Sequence record: AP025967.1
DNA length: 64,000 nucleotides
Origin: a plasmid
Reading direction: 5' to 3' (one strand)
Shown: piece after piece, positions 1 through 11,400 of the stretch
Numbering within the stretch: position 1 is the first letter of the stretch
Layout: each line of letters begins with the position of its first letter
Made by a program: the position numbers and the translations under genes
Notes under the pieces: generated by a model
What the model was told of the DNA's origin: nothing
What the model saw: the letters and a program-made list of their open reading frames with translations, nothing else
Database searches by the model: none

Positions 1-147
1 TCATTGGGTGGGTATTTAGCTCAAATGGCTTTGATATATTGCGATATTAAATATAAAGACAAATTATCTTTTAGCCCTAATGAAGTTTATACTTTTAATG
101 CCCCTAGTGTTTATGGTTGGAATTTTCCTAATATAGCTATATTTTAA
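1..147 (+). pseudogene. 5'-truncated duplicate of the lipase-like gene at 513..2015; nt 1-144 match 1009-1152, then diverge into an own stop (..NFPNIAIF*)
   Basis: Direct sequence identity with the internal segment encoding SLGGYLAQMALIYCDIKYKDKLSFSPNEVYTFNAPSVYGWNFPNIAI, in frame from nt 1, stop at 145-147. Confidence 0.6.
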
Positions 148-197
148 TTTTTAAAAAAGTAGAATAATTTTATTAAAAATATTAAAAAGGAAAATAA

Positions 198-503
198 ATG
201 GGTGCATTTCGTAAGTTTTATATTGTTTGGGTAGTATTTTGTATAAGTGGGTTTGTTATTTCTCCTGCTGTAGGGCATAATCCAAATAGAGTGTATGAAT
301 TTTTTGTAATGCTAGGTTGGATTATTTTTCCTTTAATTCTATTAATGCTTTATCGCTTTTTTTCTCTTTGTGAAATAAAGTTTTTGTATATAGCATTGCT
401 ATTGTTACTTTATTATCCTATAGCTTCGATATTATATTACATGTTTTATTATCATAATAGTTTTTATGTTACATTATATATTTTTTTGTCATTATTTAAA
501 TAA
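198..503 (+). CDS. small very hydrophobic polytopic membrane protein (101 aa); candidate immunity protein for the lipase-like toxin family
   Basis: ORF with ~3 predicted TM segments, between a lipase-gene remnant and the full lipase-like gene. Immunity role is inferred from context only. Confidence 0.4.
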   Translation: MGAFRKFYIVWVVFCISGFVISPAVGHNPNRVYEFFVMLGWIIFPLILLMLYRFFSLCEIKFLYIALLLLLYYPIASILYYMFYYHNSFYVTLYIFLSLFK

Positions 504-512
504 AGGATAATT

Positions 513-2015
513 TTGCAAGAAAAAATCAATGAATTAAAAGATTATGCAGAACTTGCACAAGCTAGTTATTTTTATTTTGATTTAGAAGATTGTATATTGC
601 AAGAAAATGAAACTATTATTACCTTAAATGAGCTTTTAAACTTAAGCTATAATGGCAAAATAGCTGGAAAAAAAGAAAAGGTCGGACAAAAATATAGTTT
701 TATTAGTAAAGGTGAACTCAACGGAGAATTTGGAGAATTACAGACTAAAAATTTCATTCAAAGATATGAGGTTCAATTTCATCAGCCTAACACTACAAGT
801 GGCTTTAGTGCTACTTTGTTTTACGATAAACAAAAAGATGAATTTATAGTAGGGTTTAGAGGAACTGAGGGTTTTTGGAATATAGATACGATGCAAGACA
901 TAACTCTATCCCTCAATGGCAATATCCAATCTTCTTCTCTTTTAGAATTTTTAGAACAAGTAAATAAAATAATCAAAAACAAACACAAAAGAATTATATT
1001 TGTAGGACATTCATTGGGTGGGTATTTAGCTCAAATGGCTTTGATATATTGCGATATTAAATATAAAGACAAATTATCTTTTAGCCCTAATGAAGTTTAT
1101 ACTTTTAATGCCCCTAGTGTTTATGGTTGGAATTTTCCTAATATAGCTATCAACCCTAATACTATAAAAATTATGCAAGATCTTTTAGGAAAATACACTA
1201 TAGATGTTTCAGAAAAAATCACTCATATTTATGATAATGGTAAAATTGAAATCATTGCTTCAGCTCAATATGGTGCAAGCAATGCTTTAGGTATATATAC
1301 AGGGAAAAATGATCACTCTATAAAACCTCTTGTTAATACTCTCTATTTTTATTCCTATCTTTTAGAATTAGATGCTAACTATAACAAAGTCAAAGATAAA
1401 AGCCTTAGTGAGTGTATAGAGTATCTTAATCATTTTATGAAAAATATTCAAATTTATACAGAAACTTTTGTGTTAAAAAATAATGCTATTAATAATAAAA
1501 ATTTCGCTCTTAAAAATGGACCTCTTGGACTTTTTAGAAGTTCTCCAGAAAAAATCAATCATTTTGAATATTTTCTTTCATTAATAGCCACCATAATGCA
1601 AGAAACAAATGGTATTTTAGAAGAGCTTGGAGATAATTATTATGCAAGCTATAAAGCTCCTACCATTAGTCAAACAAAAATCATAGATTTTATTTTAAAG
1701 GCGCAAGAAAAAGAAAAATACATTTTAATTCTTGATAAAAATGATTTTAATAAATACAGAAAAGATTGTTCCTTTATTAATAATCAAGAAAATTTAGCTC
1801 ATAAAATTGCCATTGGGGAATTTAGAATTTTCATTGTGGTTTATAAAGATATGAAATGTCTTGAAAATATTAATAATATAACAAAAATATATGGATATAA
1901 TTCAAAAAGTTATAAAATAAAAGATCAAATTTGGGATGAGCAATATTTAGGTGGAGTTTGTAAAATATCACAAGCTTTGTATTTTAATGGAAAAGCTAAA
2001 ATAGGTATTATTTAG
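513..2015 (+). CDS. alpha/beta-hydrolase lipase-like protein with GxSxG nucleophile motif (FVGHSLGGYLAQ); candidate T6SS phospholipase (Tle-like) effector
   Basis: 500-aa ORF. TTG start at 513 preceded by AAGGA at 504-508. Lipase class-3-like GHSLGG motif. Located in a T6SS effector/immunity island. A partial duplicate lies at 1..147. Confidence 0.5.
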   Translation: MQEKINELKDYAELAQASYFYFDLEDCILQENETIITLNELLNLSYNGKIAGKKEKVGQKYSFISKGELNGEFGELQTKNFIQRYEVQFHQPNTTSGFSATLFYDKQKDEFIVGFRGTEGFWNIDTMQDITLSLNGNIQSSSLLEFLEQVNKIIKNKHKRIIFVGHSLGGYLAQMALIYCDIKYKDKLSFSPNEVYTFNAPSVYGWNFPNIAINPNTIKIMQDLLGKYTIDVSEKITHIYDNGKIEIIASAQYGASNALGIYTGKNDHSIKPLVNTLYFYSYLLELDANYNKVKDKSLSECIEYLNHFMKNIQIYTETFVLKNNAINNKNFALKNGPLGLFRSSPEKINHFEYFLSLIATIMQETNGILEELGDNYYASYKAPTISQTKIIDFILKAQEKEKYILILDKNDFNKYRKDCSFINNQENLAHKIAIGEFRIFIVVYKDMKCLENINNITKIYGYNSKSYKIKDQIWDEQYLGGVCKISQALYFNGKAKIGII

Positions 2016-2022
2016 GAAAATT

Positions 2023-2340
2023 ATGATAGGTAAAGACTTTTTATATTCTATTCATAAAGATAAAAAAAGTATTTATTTGTTTTGTGAAAATAAAAGCATA
2101 ATTGATTGTCAAAGTATTTATGATGAACTTTATAAATTAGAAGCAACGACAGATTTTACTTTTGAAGAACTTCAAAACTATCAAGCTTATATCTTCCTAA
2201 ACTCCACCCTCCTTACAGGCTCAAATGAACTTCCTAACAATCCTTTTTACTTTGGAGAATTAGATCAAGATAATGCCATAAAACAAGATACACCTAGTTA
2301 TTATTTTTCTCCTAGTAATGAATTCAAATGCAAATCATAA
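2023..2340 (+). CDS. 105-aa protein carrying a ~41-aa module (IFLNSTLLTGSNELPNNPFYFGELDQDN.IKQDTPSYYFSP) shared with 5203..6699; probable toxin-gene fragment
   Basis: 124-bp near-identical nucleotide block 2191-2314 = 5875-5998. No other recognisable domain. Confidence 0.35.
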   Translation: MIGKDFLYSIHKDKKSIYLFCENKSIIDCQSIYDELYKLEATTDFTFEELQNYQAYIFLNSTLLTGSNELPNNPFYFGELDQDNAIKQDTPSYYFSPSNEFKCKS

Positions 2341-2481
2341 AGGATAAAATAATATATGAAAACAAGCCAAATATATGAAACTTTATAAATATGCTAGAAT
2401 GTGCTGGACTAGGTATTCTATAAATTTAAATGAGAACATGCTTAAGGAATTTCTAAAATATAAAAACAATAGGATGAAATA

Positions 2482-4014
2482 ATGGATGAAGAACTTTTTT
2501 GGGAAAACATTGTTCCAGTAGGACATATTAATGAAGAAACTTTAAAGAGCCAAATTTATATTAATAATATAAATTTTAGCACTTTACAATATGATGAAAC
2601 AGTGTTACCTACAGAATTAGAGTGTTGTTATAATGAATTTAAATACTATCAAAAAAGCAATAATGAAATAGCAACACTAGGTTGGGCTATTAGCTATCAA
2701 CTTCAAGTATTGTGGCAAAATAGCCCTAAGATAGATACAATACAAAATTATCATCTCCCCGTAAAACAAAATAAGCCTAATAATCCCCAAGCAGAACAAA
2801 GACTAAAAGAAATACAAAATTTCTTACAAAGTAAAGGTATAGAACCTCTTATTTTACATTATACCCCTTATCCAAACAACACACAAACCCAAGAGATGAA
2901 AAGACTAAGGCAAAATTCAGAGCGTTTTTCGCGCCATGTAGATAATAAAACAAATGAAGTAAGAGAAGAAAGGCGTTCTACTAAATTTTACACTACGCTA
3001 GATTGGGATAAGTTTTATTCTCATTTTCCTATAATAAAAAGACTAAGTAAAAAATTTCATACAAAAGAAGACATATACACTCAAAATTTTACAAAGCAAA
3101 TAGAAATAATCTTACAAAAAACTCATAATATTTTGATATTAAAAAATTTACCTCAAGGAGAATATAAATTTGATTTTGCGATCGATATAAAAGAAAATCG
3201 AAGCGATAAAAATGAAGAATCTTATTTCATCATTAAAGAAAATGATGAAATTTCAAAAGATTATAAACGCATTTTAGACTGTAAGCCCTATGAGCTTGAT
3301 ACTTTAAATTGTCAATATATAGGTGTGGGTGATGATGAGTTTTTCAGACAAATTTGGCAAAATTTAGGTATAAATATTGCAGAGAAATTTAAGGTAGATT
3401 TTTCTTATGCTAGACTTGATAAATTTATTTTTGCGACATCGCCATTTGGACTTACTTATAATACATATGAGACTTTAGAGCAAACTTATGATGAACTCAT
3501 GCAAGATCTATCTCTTTATGCTTGTAGTGGTAAATTTTCTTTTAATTTTGTTCCTTCAAAATTAAGCATTAAAAAAGAAATTCAAGGAGATAGAGAAAAG
3601 GTATCATACCGCGTTGATGAAATGCTTGTTTATGTTTATGATAGCTTTGATTTTTTAGATCAAGGACATGAATTTGATGATGAGGGAAATTTTATCAAGT
3701 TAGGACAACCTGTTGGAGCTTGGGATTTTAATACGAAAACTTTTAGCATAGAAGGTTCTTTATATCAAATGGCAACTTATAGAGAATGGCTTGAATGGGA
3801 AATAGATGGATATAAAATTGATTGTTCAATAAGCCCTCAAAGAATTCTGCAATCTCCAAAAACCAAACAATACTATCTTTACAATCAAGATTATCAAGAC
3901 TATCAAAAATTCACTCCTTATGGTTTGGACTTTAAACTTTATAGTAAAGATTTTATCACTAAACTTGATTTTAAAGATGAAGCTTATAATGTGCTTTATA
4001 ATACAGGAGTTTAA
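2482..4014 (+). CDS. hypothetical 510-aa protein, candidate toxin/effector; stop overlaps the start of the downstream 4-TM protein (TAAATG)
   Basis: ORF with RBS-like AGGA upstream. Its last 118 nt are duplicated in front of the second immunity-like gene at 4519-4636, a typical effector/immunity duplication signature. Confidence 0.4.
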   Translation: MDEELFWENIVPVGHINEETLKSQIYINNINFSTLQYDETVLPTELECCYNEFKYYQKSNNEIATLGWAISYQLQVLWQNSPKIDTIQNYHLPVKQNKPNNPQAEQRLKEIQNFLQSKGIEPLILHYTPYPNNTQTQEMKRLRQNSERFSRHVDNKTNEVREERRSTKFYTTLDWDKFYSHFPIIKRLSKKFHTKEDIYTQNFTKQIEIILQKTHNILILKNLPQGEYKFDFAIDIKENRSDKNEESYFIIKENDEISKDYKRILDCKPYELDTLNCQYIGVGDDEFFRQIWQNLGINIAEKFKVDFSYARLDKFIFATSPFGLTYNTYETLEQTYDELMQDLSLYACSGKFSFNFVPSKLSIKKEIQGDREKVSYRVDEMLVYVYDSFDFLDQGHEFDDEGNFIKLGQPVGAWDFNTKTFSIEGSLYQMATYREWLEWEIDGYKIDCSISPQRILQSPKTKQYYLYNQDYQDYQKFTPYGLDFKLYSKDFITKLDFKDEAYNVLYNTGV

Positions 4015-4518
4015 ATGGGAGAAGATATTATACTTTCTATTTTTTGGGGTTTATTTGGATTTATTCTTGCTTTTACTAATATAAAATTTTATCTTACAAC
4101 TTTAAGTGTTCTTGTTGTCTTTTCTATTTTAAATTATTGGATTAAAATTAACATAAAAGAATTTGTAAAATCTTATTTTTTAATATCTTTTATTATCTTT
4201 TTTATGGCTATTGTTATCATATTTTATCTTAGCTATGATCTTGAATTTTATAAATCGCTTGTATTACTTGATCCTCCAGAAATTGAAAAATTATCACCGC
4301 AAGAATATAGAGTGCGTAATTATTTTAAATTTTTAACCTTTGCAACTATGTTTTTTTTAGTAATCACATTTATCATATTTCCTTGTTTATTACAAGCTTA
4401 TTTATTTAAATGTTATAGCACAGGAGAAAAACGCAAAAAATTAAGTTGGCTTATAGGGTTTGTGTGTAATATCTTTTTATTAATTGCGAGTGTGTATGTG
4501 GTATATGAAAATCTTTAA
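4015..4518 (+). CDS. 4-TM membrane protein, candidate cognate immunity protein
   Basis: 167-aa ORF translationally coupled to 2482..4014. Paralogous to 4637..5140. Confidence 0.5.
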   Translation: MGEDIILSIFWGLFGFILAFTNIKFYLTTLSVLVVFSILNYWIKINIKEFVKSYFLISFIIFFMAIVIIFYLSYDLEFYKSLVLLDPPEIEKLSPQEYRVRNYFKFLTFATMFFLVITFIIFPCLLQAYLFKCYSTGEKRKKLSWLIGFVCNIFLLIASVYVVYENL

Positions 4519-4636
4519 AGACTATCAAAAATTCACTCCTTATGGTTTGGATTTTAGACTTTATAGTAAAGATTTTATCACTAAGCTTGATTTTAAAAAT
4601 AAAGCTTATAATGTGCTTTATAATACAGGAGTTTAA
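4519..4636. repeat. duplicate of the 3' end of 2482..4014 (compare 3897-4014), remnant left by tandem duplication of an effector-3'-end plus immunity unit
   Basis: Near-identical sequence (gactatcaaaaattcactccttatggtttgga...tacaggagtttaa) at both locations. Confidence 0.8.
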
Positions 4637-5140
4637 ATGGGAGATAGTATTGCACTTTCTATTGGCTGGGGTTTGATTTTGTTTATTGCTAGTTTTGCTA
4701 CTGTAAGAATTTATCTTATAACTTTAAGTATTCTTATTGCCTTTTCTATTTTAAATTATTGGATGAGAATTAACATAAAAGAATTTGTAAAATCTTATTT
4801 TTTAATATCTTTTATTATCTTTTTTATGGCTATTGTTATCATATTTTATCTTACTTATGATCTTGAAACCTCTAGATCGCTTGTATTGCTTGGTCCTCCA
4901 GAAATTGAAAAATTATCACCACAAGAGTATAAAGCGTATAATTATTTTGGATTTTTAAGTGGTATCACCATTGTCTTTTTAGCGATCACTTTTTTTATAC
5001 TTCCTTGTTTATTACAGGCTTATTTATTTAAATGCCATAGTACAGGAGAAAAATGCAAAAAATTAAGTTGGTTTATAGGGTTTGTGTGTAATGTTCCTAT
5101 ATTGATCTCAAGTGTTTATGTGATATATGAAAATCTTTAA
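4637..5140 (+). CDS. paralog of 4015..4518 (4-TM, 167 aa); orphan immunity-like gene preceded by a toxin 3' remnant
   Basis: Protein is ~70% identical to the 4015..4518 product by eye. Same length and TM layout. Confidence 0.5.
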   Translation: MGDSIALSIGWGLILFIASFATVRIYLITLSILIAFSILNYWMRINIKEFVKSYFLISFIIFFMAIVIIFYLTYDLETSRSLVLLGPPEIEKLSPQEYKAYNYFGFLSGITIVFLAITFFILPCLLQAYLFKCHSTGEKCKKLSWFIGFVCNVPILISSVYVIYENL

Positions 5141-5202
5141 AGACTATCAAAAATTTAATATATTTGATATAATATTCATTTATCTTAAATATTTAGAAAA
5201 AA

Positions 5203-7651
5203 ATGGATAGAGAATTATTTATAACAAGGCTTGCTTTTATAAACAATGATGAAATAGACACAATAGATAAAAATTCATCCATAGCATACTTAAAAGCCTT
5301 ATATCAATGTGAAAATTCCATAGCTATAAATTATAATCAAGAAGAGCTTTTCACCCAAGCTACCGCTATAAACAATCTAGGCTATAATTCTACTTTCACA
5401 AAAATCTTCATCCTAGATAAAGAAAAGCTCAATGATACCTATCTTGATGCTAGAAAAAGGCTTTATAAATCTATCAATACTTTAAAAGAAAAAAGAAATG
5501 AAAAAATAAAAGATATCCAAGACTATTTAAATAAAGAAATTTCCTTACAAGATAATCTAAATAATCAAAGCTTTAATACTAAGGAAAATGATGTTAATTT
5601 AATTTTAAACGAAGTATTTAACATAGAGCAATTTTATGATAAAAATACCAATACCATAGTATTAAAGACAAATAATATAAAAATCATATTCTTAGATAAA
5701 GTAAATTTACAAGATTTGCAAGATAATTCTAACAATACTTCTTTCATCTCTATGTCAAATTTGATCCATATTTATGATAATCATTGTGATATTTTTGCAA
5801 AAGATAGAAGTGTTTTGGATATAAAGGACATAGAAGAAAAATATCAAATAGATTTTAAAAGTTTAGATATAAAAATCTTCCTAAACTCCACCCTCCTTAC
5901 AGGCTCAAATGAACTTCCTAACAATCCTTTTTACTTTGGAGAATTAGATCAAGATAATACTATAAAACAAGATACACCTAGTTATTATTTTTCTCCTAAA
6001 GATGAAAGCAGTGGTTTAGGAAGACTTAGTATCTTTTATAAAAATGATGAACTTTGTTTGCTTAATTATTCTATATTAGAAAATTCTTTAAATATCAAAT
6101 TAGAATGTTTAAGCAAACAAAGCTTAGAGTATAAAGACTTAATTTCAAACACTTTAAAAGAACAAAAAACCACACAAGTAGATAAAAAACAAGCTATAGC
6201 TAAACTTCATGCTCTTTTAGAAAATCAAAACCTAGAATGTATCCATGGAGGTAAAGTCATACTTAAATCAAACAAAGGAAAAACTTTTAAAGATGATGGT
6301 GTGCCTATAATGCTAGAAAGTGATTTATTAAACTCTAGTATAGTAGCTTGTCCTAATACTATAGCAGGTGTAAGTGTTCCTTGTACTAAAGTTGTTAATG
6401 TAAAAGGATCCTTATCTCAAAAGAAAGTCAATAATGAATATGTAATCTTACAAGAACTCATCTCAGCTTGTAAAACAGATAAAGGCTTTGCTTTAAAAGT
6501 AAGCTTTACTCCTACTAAGTTTAAATTTGATCACAGCTTTGATCCTAAAGAGGGCTTAGGAGAACAAAGTAAAAATCAAATAGAGTTAAAAGAGCCTATA
6601 ATAAGACTTCATTATAAAAGTGATAGATTTCAAAAAGATAATTTACCTATCTATAATCTTTTAATCAATAATGAAAAAAAGAACAAAATAAGGCTTTAAA
6701 TGAATTTAATATAGATTTAAAAGATTTAAAAGATATAGAGGATATAAATATTCTTAATCAATTCAAACAAGACTTTAGTAAAGATTATGAATTTAAAGAA
6801 CTAAATCTTAGCTTTGATACTAATTTAATCAAACTTTATTTTATTATCCCAAAAAACATTGCTAAAGTTTATAAAAGTGCTTATAAGGAATTTGAAAATA
6901 AAGATTTAGGAGTAGGGTATTTTACACAGCTACATGAGTATGATAAAATCATCAAAAATGCTTTAGAAGATAATAAAGAATTAAACGAATATCATTTTAG
7001 TTTTTTAGCTCCTGCAAAAATGCAAAATTTAAAACTTCAAATCGCACAAGGACTAGATGAAATCTTAGAAGATGAAGATAGAAAACAAGAGCTTTATGTT
7101 TGTAAATTTGTGGTGGTAAATGGGGTTAGTGAAAACAATACTCAAGAAATTATCCCTGAAATGTTATAAGAATACAAACACAAGATGGCAGTGGGGAGTT
7201 TATTGAGATAGTATTTCCTAGTCAATTAGAACTCAATGATAAACCTTTGGAAGATGTGAGTTATACATTTGTTCCGGCTTTAAGAGGGATAAAGCAATTT
7301 TTTAAAGATACTGAGTATTTAAAACCCAGAACATTGACTAAAGATGAAGTGTTGCAGATAGTAGATAAACTGCCAAAAAATGTTCGAGATAAACGCAGGA
7401 GAATAGTTGAAAATAAAGAGGAATTAGACAAATTATGGAAAAAGTTAACTAAAAATTCTGAAGAGTTTGAAAATAAAGTAGATAAAAAATACGGACAGCC
7501 GATTTATATGAGAAAACTAGATGATCAAACTATTATACAATATAAGAAAACTTCTAAAAGCGGGGGTGAGACCATAGAGATAAATTCCAATAAGCCAAGA
7601 GGAAATCTTAAAACAATACATATAGAAAATGGGATAAAAAATGAAATATAG
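5203..7651 (+). pseudogene. polymorphic-toxin-like gene split over three successive reading frames (5203..6699, 6683..7169 with no start codon, 7160..7651). It contains a PAAR-like Cys motif (C.HGG...PIML...PCTKV) and a C-terminal toxin-like domain
   Basis: The second and third segments are long open frames lacking start codons, and each opens within a few nt of the previous stop. The first junction lies in an A7 tract (6674-6680). The N-terminal part is homologous to the mid region of the 1411-aa protein at 38579..42814 (KLNDTYL.ARK.LYKSI linker, SMSNLIHIYD.HCDIF). Confidence 0.5.
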
Positions 7652-8387
7652 GTATATAAAATGGGATGAAAACGAAAAGTGTGCTATTTTTTTTCCTGAT
7701 ATAGATTTTGATATATGGAAAAAAACCCAGCTTTTAGAGAATGATTATGCTAATCCAACTTTAATTATATCATCTCATTTAAAAGATAAGGTCGGTATTT
7801 TAGAGCTATTTGAATATTATATTTTGCTTATTTGTGGAAAAAGCATGGGTGTCTCAAGGTGGGAATGTAATAATTTAATTTTATTAGATACTTACGGCAT
7901 CGATAATATTAGCAGTCCATTTTATTTAAATACACCCAAACCTACCTATATAAGTGAATATATTAATGTCTTGGGGCAACTTTTTCTAGCAGGTTATATA
8001 GATTTTGGATCTTATTGTGATGAAGATAGAAATAAAATAGATTATCCCTCAAACTTATCTTATTATAAAGAAGATAAATATCAAGCTTGGATATATTTTA
8101 GAGATAATTTCTTTTATCAAGACAAATTTATTAGAGATTTGGACGATCCTGAAACATTAGACGAGGGTGGATATAGTCTTATTTTAAATGATGTTTCTTG
8201 GGATACACCACAATATTGGTCACAATACAATATCTGGATAGCAACAACCCCAAAAGGCACAAAATACTTCCAAGAAATCTTAGCTCCTAAATTTTACAAC
8301 AAATACAAAGATTTAGAAGTAGAGATTGATGATAAGGGCAATGTGCTTAGATGGATAGGAGAGATTAATAGAGACAAAAAATATTAG
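7641..8387 (+). CDS. hypothetical 248-aa protein, candidate immunity protein for the upstream toxin domain
   Basis: Overlaps the upstream ORF by 11 nt (coupled). No recognisable motif. Confidence 0.4.
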   Translation: MKYRYIKWDENEKCAIFFPDIDFDIWKKTQLLENDYANPTLIISSHLKDKVGILELFEYYILLICGKSMGVSRWECNNLILLDTYGIDNISSPFYLNTPKPTYISEYINVLGQLFLAGYIDFGSYCDEDRNKIDYPSNLSYYKEDKYQAWIYFRDNFFYQDKFIRDLDDPETLDEGGYSLILNDVSWDTPQYWSQYNIWIATTPKGTKYFQEILAPKFYNKYKDLEVEIDDKGNVLRWIGEINRDKKY

Positions 8388-8431
8388 CAAATAAAAAATG
8401 ATATAATAATGCTTTATATAAGGAATCTTTT

Positions 8432-11400
8432 ATGTTTATAAGTTCTAAAACAGAGTTAATTCAAACTATTAAAAATTTAACAATCAACAATAAAGAAGTT
8501 AAACAGATTGATTTTATTTATCCTAATTTTTCTATTTTACACGCTATATTAAAAAATATTGATTTTCATCAAAGAAAAATGCTATCTAAAAATCAAATAT
8601 TGACTATGGAAATACTAGAAATTTTAAAACAAACTTGTGATAATCACAATAGTATAGAAATAAATATCCATACCCTTAATGAGCTTGATGCTGGACAAAA
8701 TGTAAATTTAAAAGATTTATCAAGCAGTGAAATTTGCACTAAAGTTTATTTAGAAGACTTAGAAGAAGAAATTCAAGACAAGAAACAAGGTAAAGATTTT
8801 AATCTTTTTTATCATACAGATAAAAATAATCTTTGTATCGAATTTATCAATACTTTAAAAGAACTAGCCAAAGATTCTGAAGATATAACAACCTTAGACG
8901 AGTTAATCGAAAACATTGATCCTGATGATATAAGCAGTGAGAAATTTGATGATTTTAAGAAAAAAGTTTTAGAAAAGATTGGAAATGTCATAGAATCGGA
9001 TTTTTTCAAAAATAGCATAAGTCCCACTTTAAAAAATACTTATGAAAAATTTATCAATGAGTTGTTAGAACACATTAAAAAACTTGCCGAAGAAAAAGAA
9101 TATGAAAAAATTAAAATCATACTAAGTGCTATAGCGGGTGTTGCAATAGCCACAGTGGTAGCTGTTCTTACAGGTGGGGCAGGATTAGCTATTTTGGCTG
9201 CTGGTTTATTTTCTTTAATGGGTTCTGCAAGCGAGTATTATGAATTTGCTCAAAGAGATTATGGCACACTTTTAACGCCTTTAGCTGCATTTTTAGCCAC
9301 TAGATGTGCTATGTTTATTCATTATATTAATTCTCGCTTATTATCTTGTGTTTTAATTATTGATAAAAAAGAAATTATTGATTTAAGTGGTTTTGGATTA
9401 TATCTTGGAAGTGATGAAAGCAATATCGCTTCGAATTTGGCTTATAAAATCACTTTAAGCGAAGAAATAAAAAGCATTGAAAATATTTTTAGTGAAATCT
9501 TTTTAAACCCAGAACAAAAAGACAAGGGATATAAAAATACACCCAATGATTCAAAATCGAGCAATTTACCCGCTTTCATTTCAACGCAAAAATTATCTAA
9601 TTTGTATTTAAAAAACAATGCTATTTTAAAGAATTTGCAAGAAGATATTAAACAATTTATTTATTTTTCCTATATAGAAAGTCCAAATTTTAACTCAAGT
9701 AAACTAGCTGAATTTTTCGCACAAAAAAATCAAAATGCACAAATAGATTTAAATACAACTAAAATGAGTAAAAATTATTTGATTATTTCAAATATCCCCA
9801 ATAAATACAATGCAGGACTTAGTGAAAGTTTAACTCAAGAAATCGCCAACTATAATATACAAGATAAATACAGAAGAATTAAAAAAAATATTGATACTTC
9901 AAAAAAAACTTATGACAGCACAAGAGATTATAGCGAATATAGCATAGAAATGCCACAAGATGAAAATGAACCTTATATTTTACAATTAAGCCCTTTTGTG
10001 AAAATATCCAAAGAAGCTTATGAGAATAGTAAAAAAGCTTATGAAGATATGCAAAAGGTTTATAAATATTTAACAAATTTTGTTGCTACACCGCAGAAGC
10101 TACCAGAATTCGCAAAAACAGCTAAAGAAAAATTAGCAATATCAGAAAATGAGCCAATGATAGAAATAGTAAAAAAGACGGAAAATTTACGACATTGCGA
10201 ACGAATAAACATTTTAGCTTATATTGACTACAATAAAAAAATAAATGATAAAAAATGGCTTCCTTATTTTTATATCAAAAAATTCTTTAAACAAAACGAA
10301 GCCAAAGAATCCATCATAGAAAAAGAAAAGAAGATAGCTCATCAATATTTAACTTTTTTGAAAAAAGAGTTTTTTGAAAAATCGGATAAATCTTCATTTG
10401 GGAACTATTCTTTAATGGAATGTTTATTCATTTCATTTGTCTTGTATCAAGCTAAGCTTATTTTTCCAAATATCAATTTGGATTTGAAAAAATATGGAGG
10501 CAGTAATTTTGTATATATAAAATACTTAGAGGAAACTTATGTTTTATGGACAGATGAATGTCCAATATATGTAAATAATGAGCCAACAAATATTACAGCA
10601 TATGAAGTTGTATCGCAATTATTAAAAATACTTGACAAAAAAGATTATTCTTTTGTGGAAAATGATAGTTCGATAACTATAGATGATTTTTTTAATGAAT
10701 TATCAAAAGATTTAGATACAACAAATACATTAGATAAAAAAATAATCAAATTAAAGCAAATGTATCATTTAGATGAACAAAAATGCATTAAAGAATTTAT
10801 GAATTTAGACGAAGAAACGCAACGAGCTTTTGTTGCATGGATGGATATAGAGAAACAAATATCAGATTTATCAAAGCTTTTGGAACAGATGTATGGAAAA
10901 GAATATTTAAATAAGGCAAAAGAACAAAAAACAAGTGAAATATTTACTTATGCAATGTTAAAAATTTTATTAAGTGCTAGTCCTTTTATCAGCTTTACAG
11001 CTCAAATGTTGTGGGATTTTAATTTTTTAAAAACAATAGAATATGTTATTCAAGCTTGTATTAAAATAAACAAAGAAGGATTTAAAGAATTTTTTAAAGA
11101 ACAGCTTGGTATTTTTGCACCTCCAAAAAAGAATAGTATATATCATATACACATAAAATCTAATTTAATAATAAAAGCACGCTTGCAACAAATAGAAAAA
11201 GAATTAATTCATACTAAAATCCAAATGATTTTAGCACAAGAGATAAAATCCAATTTAATAATACAAAAAAATACATCCGGTTTAAATCTATTTATCACAA
11301 AGATAAAAGAATACTTTAATGAAAAACAAATTAAGATTTATTGGAGTGATAAATATATGAAGCAATTATTTATATACTCTAATCAAGAAAGCAATATATC

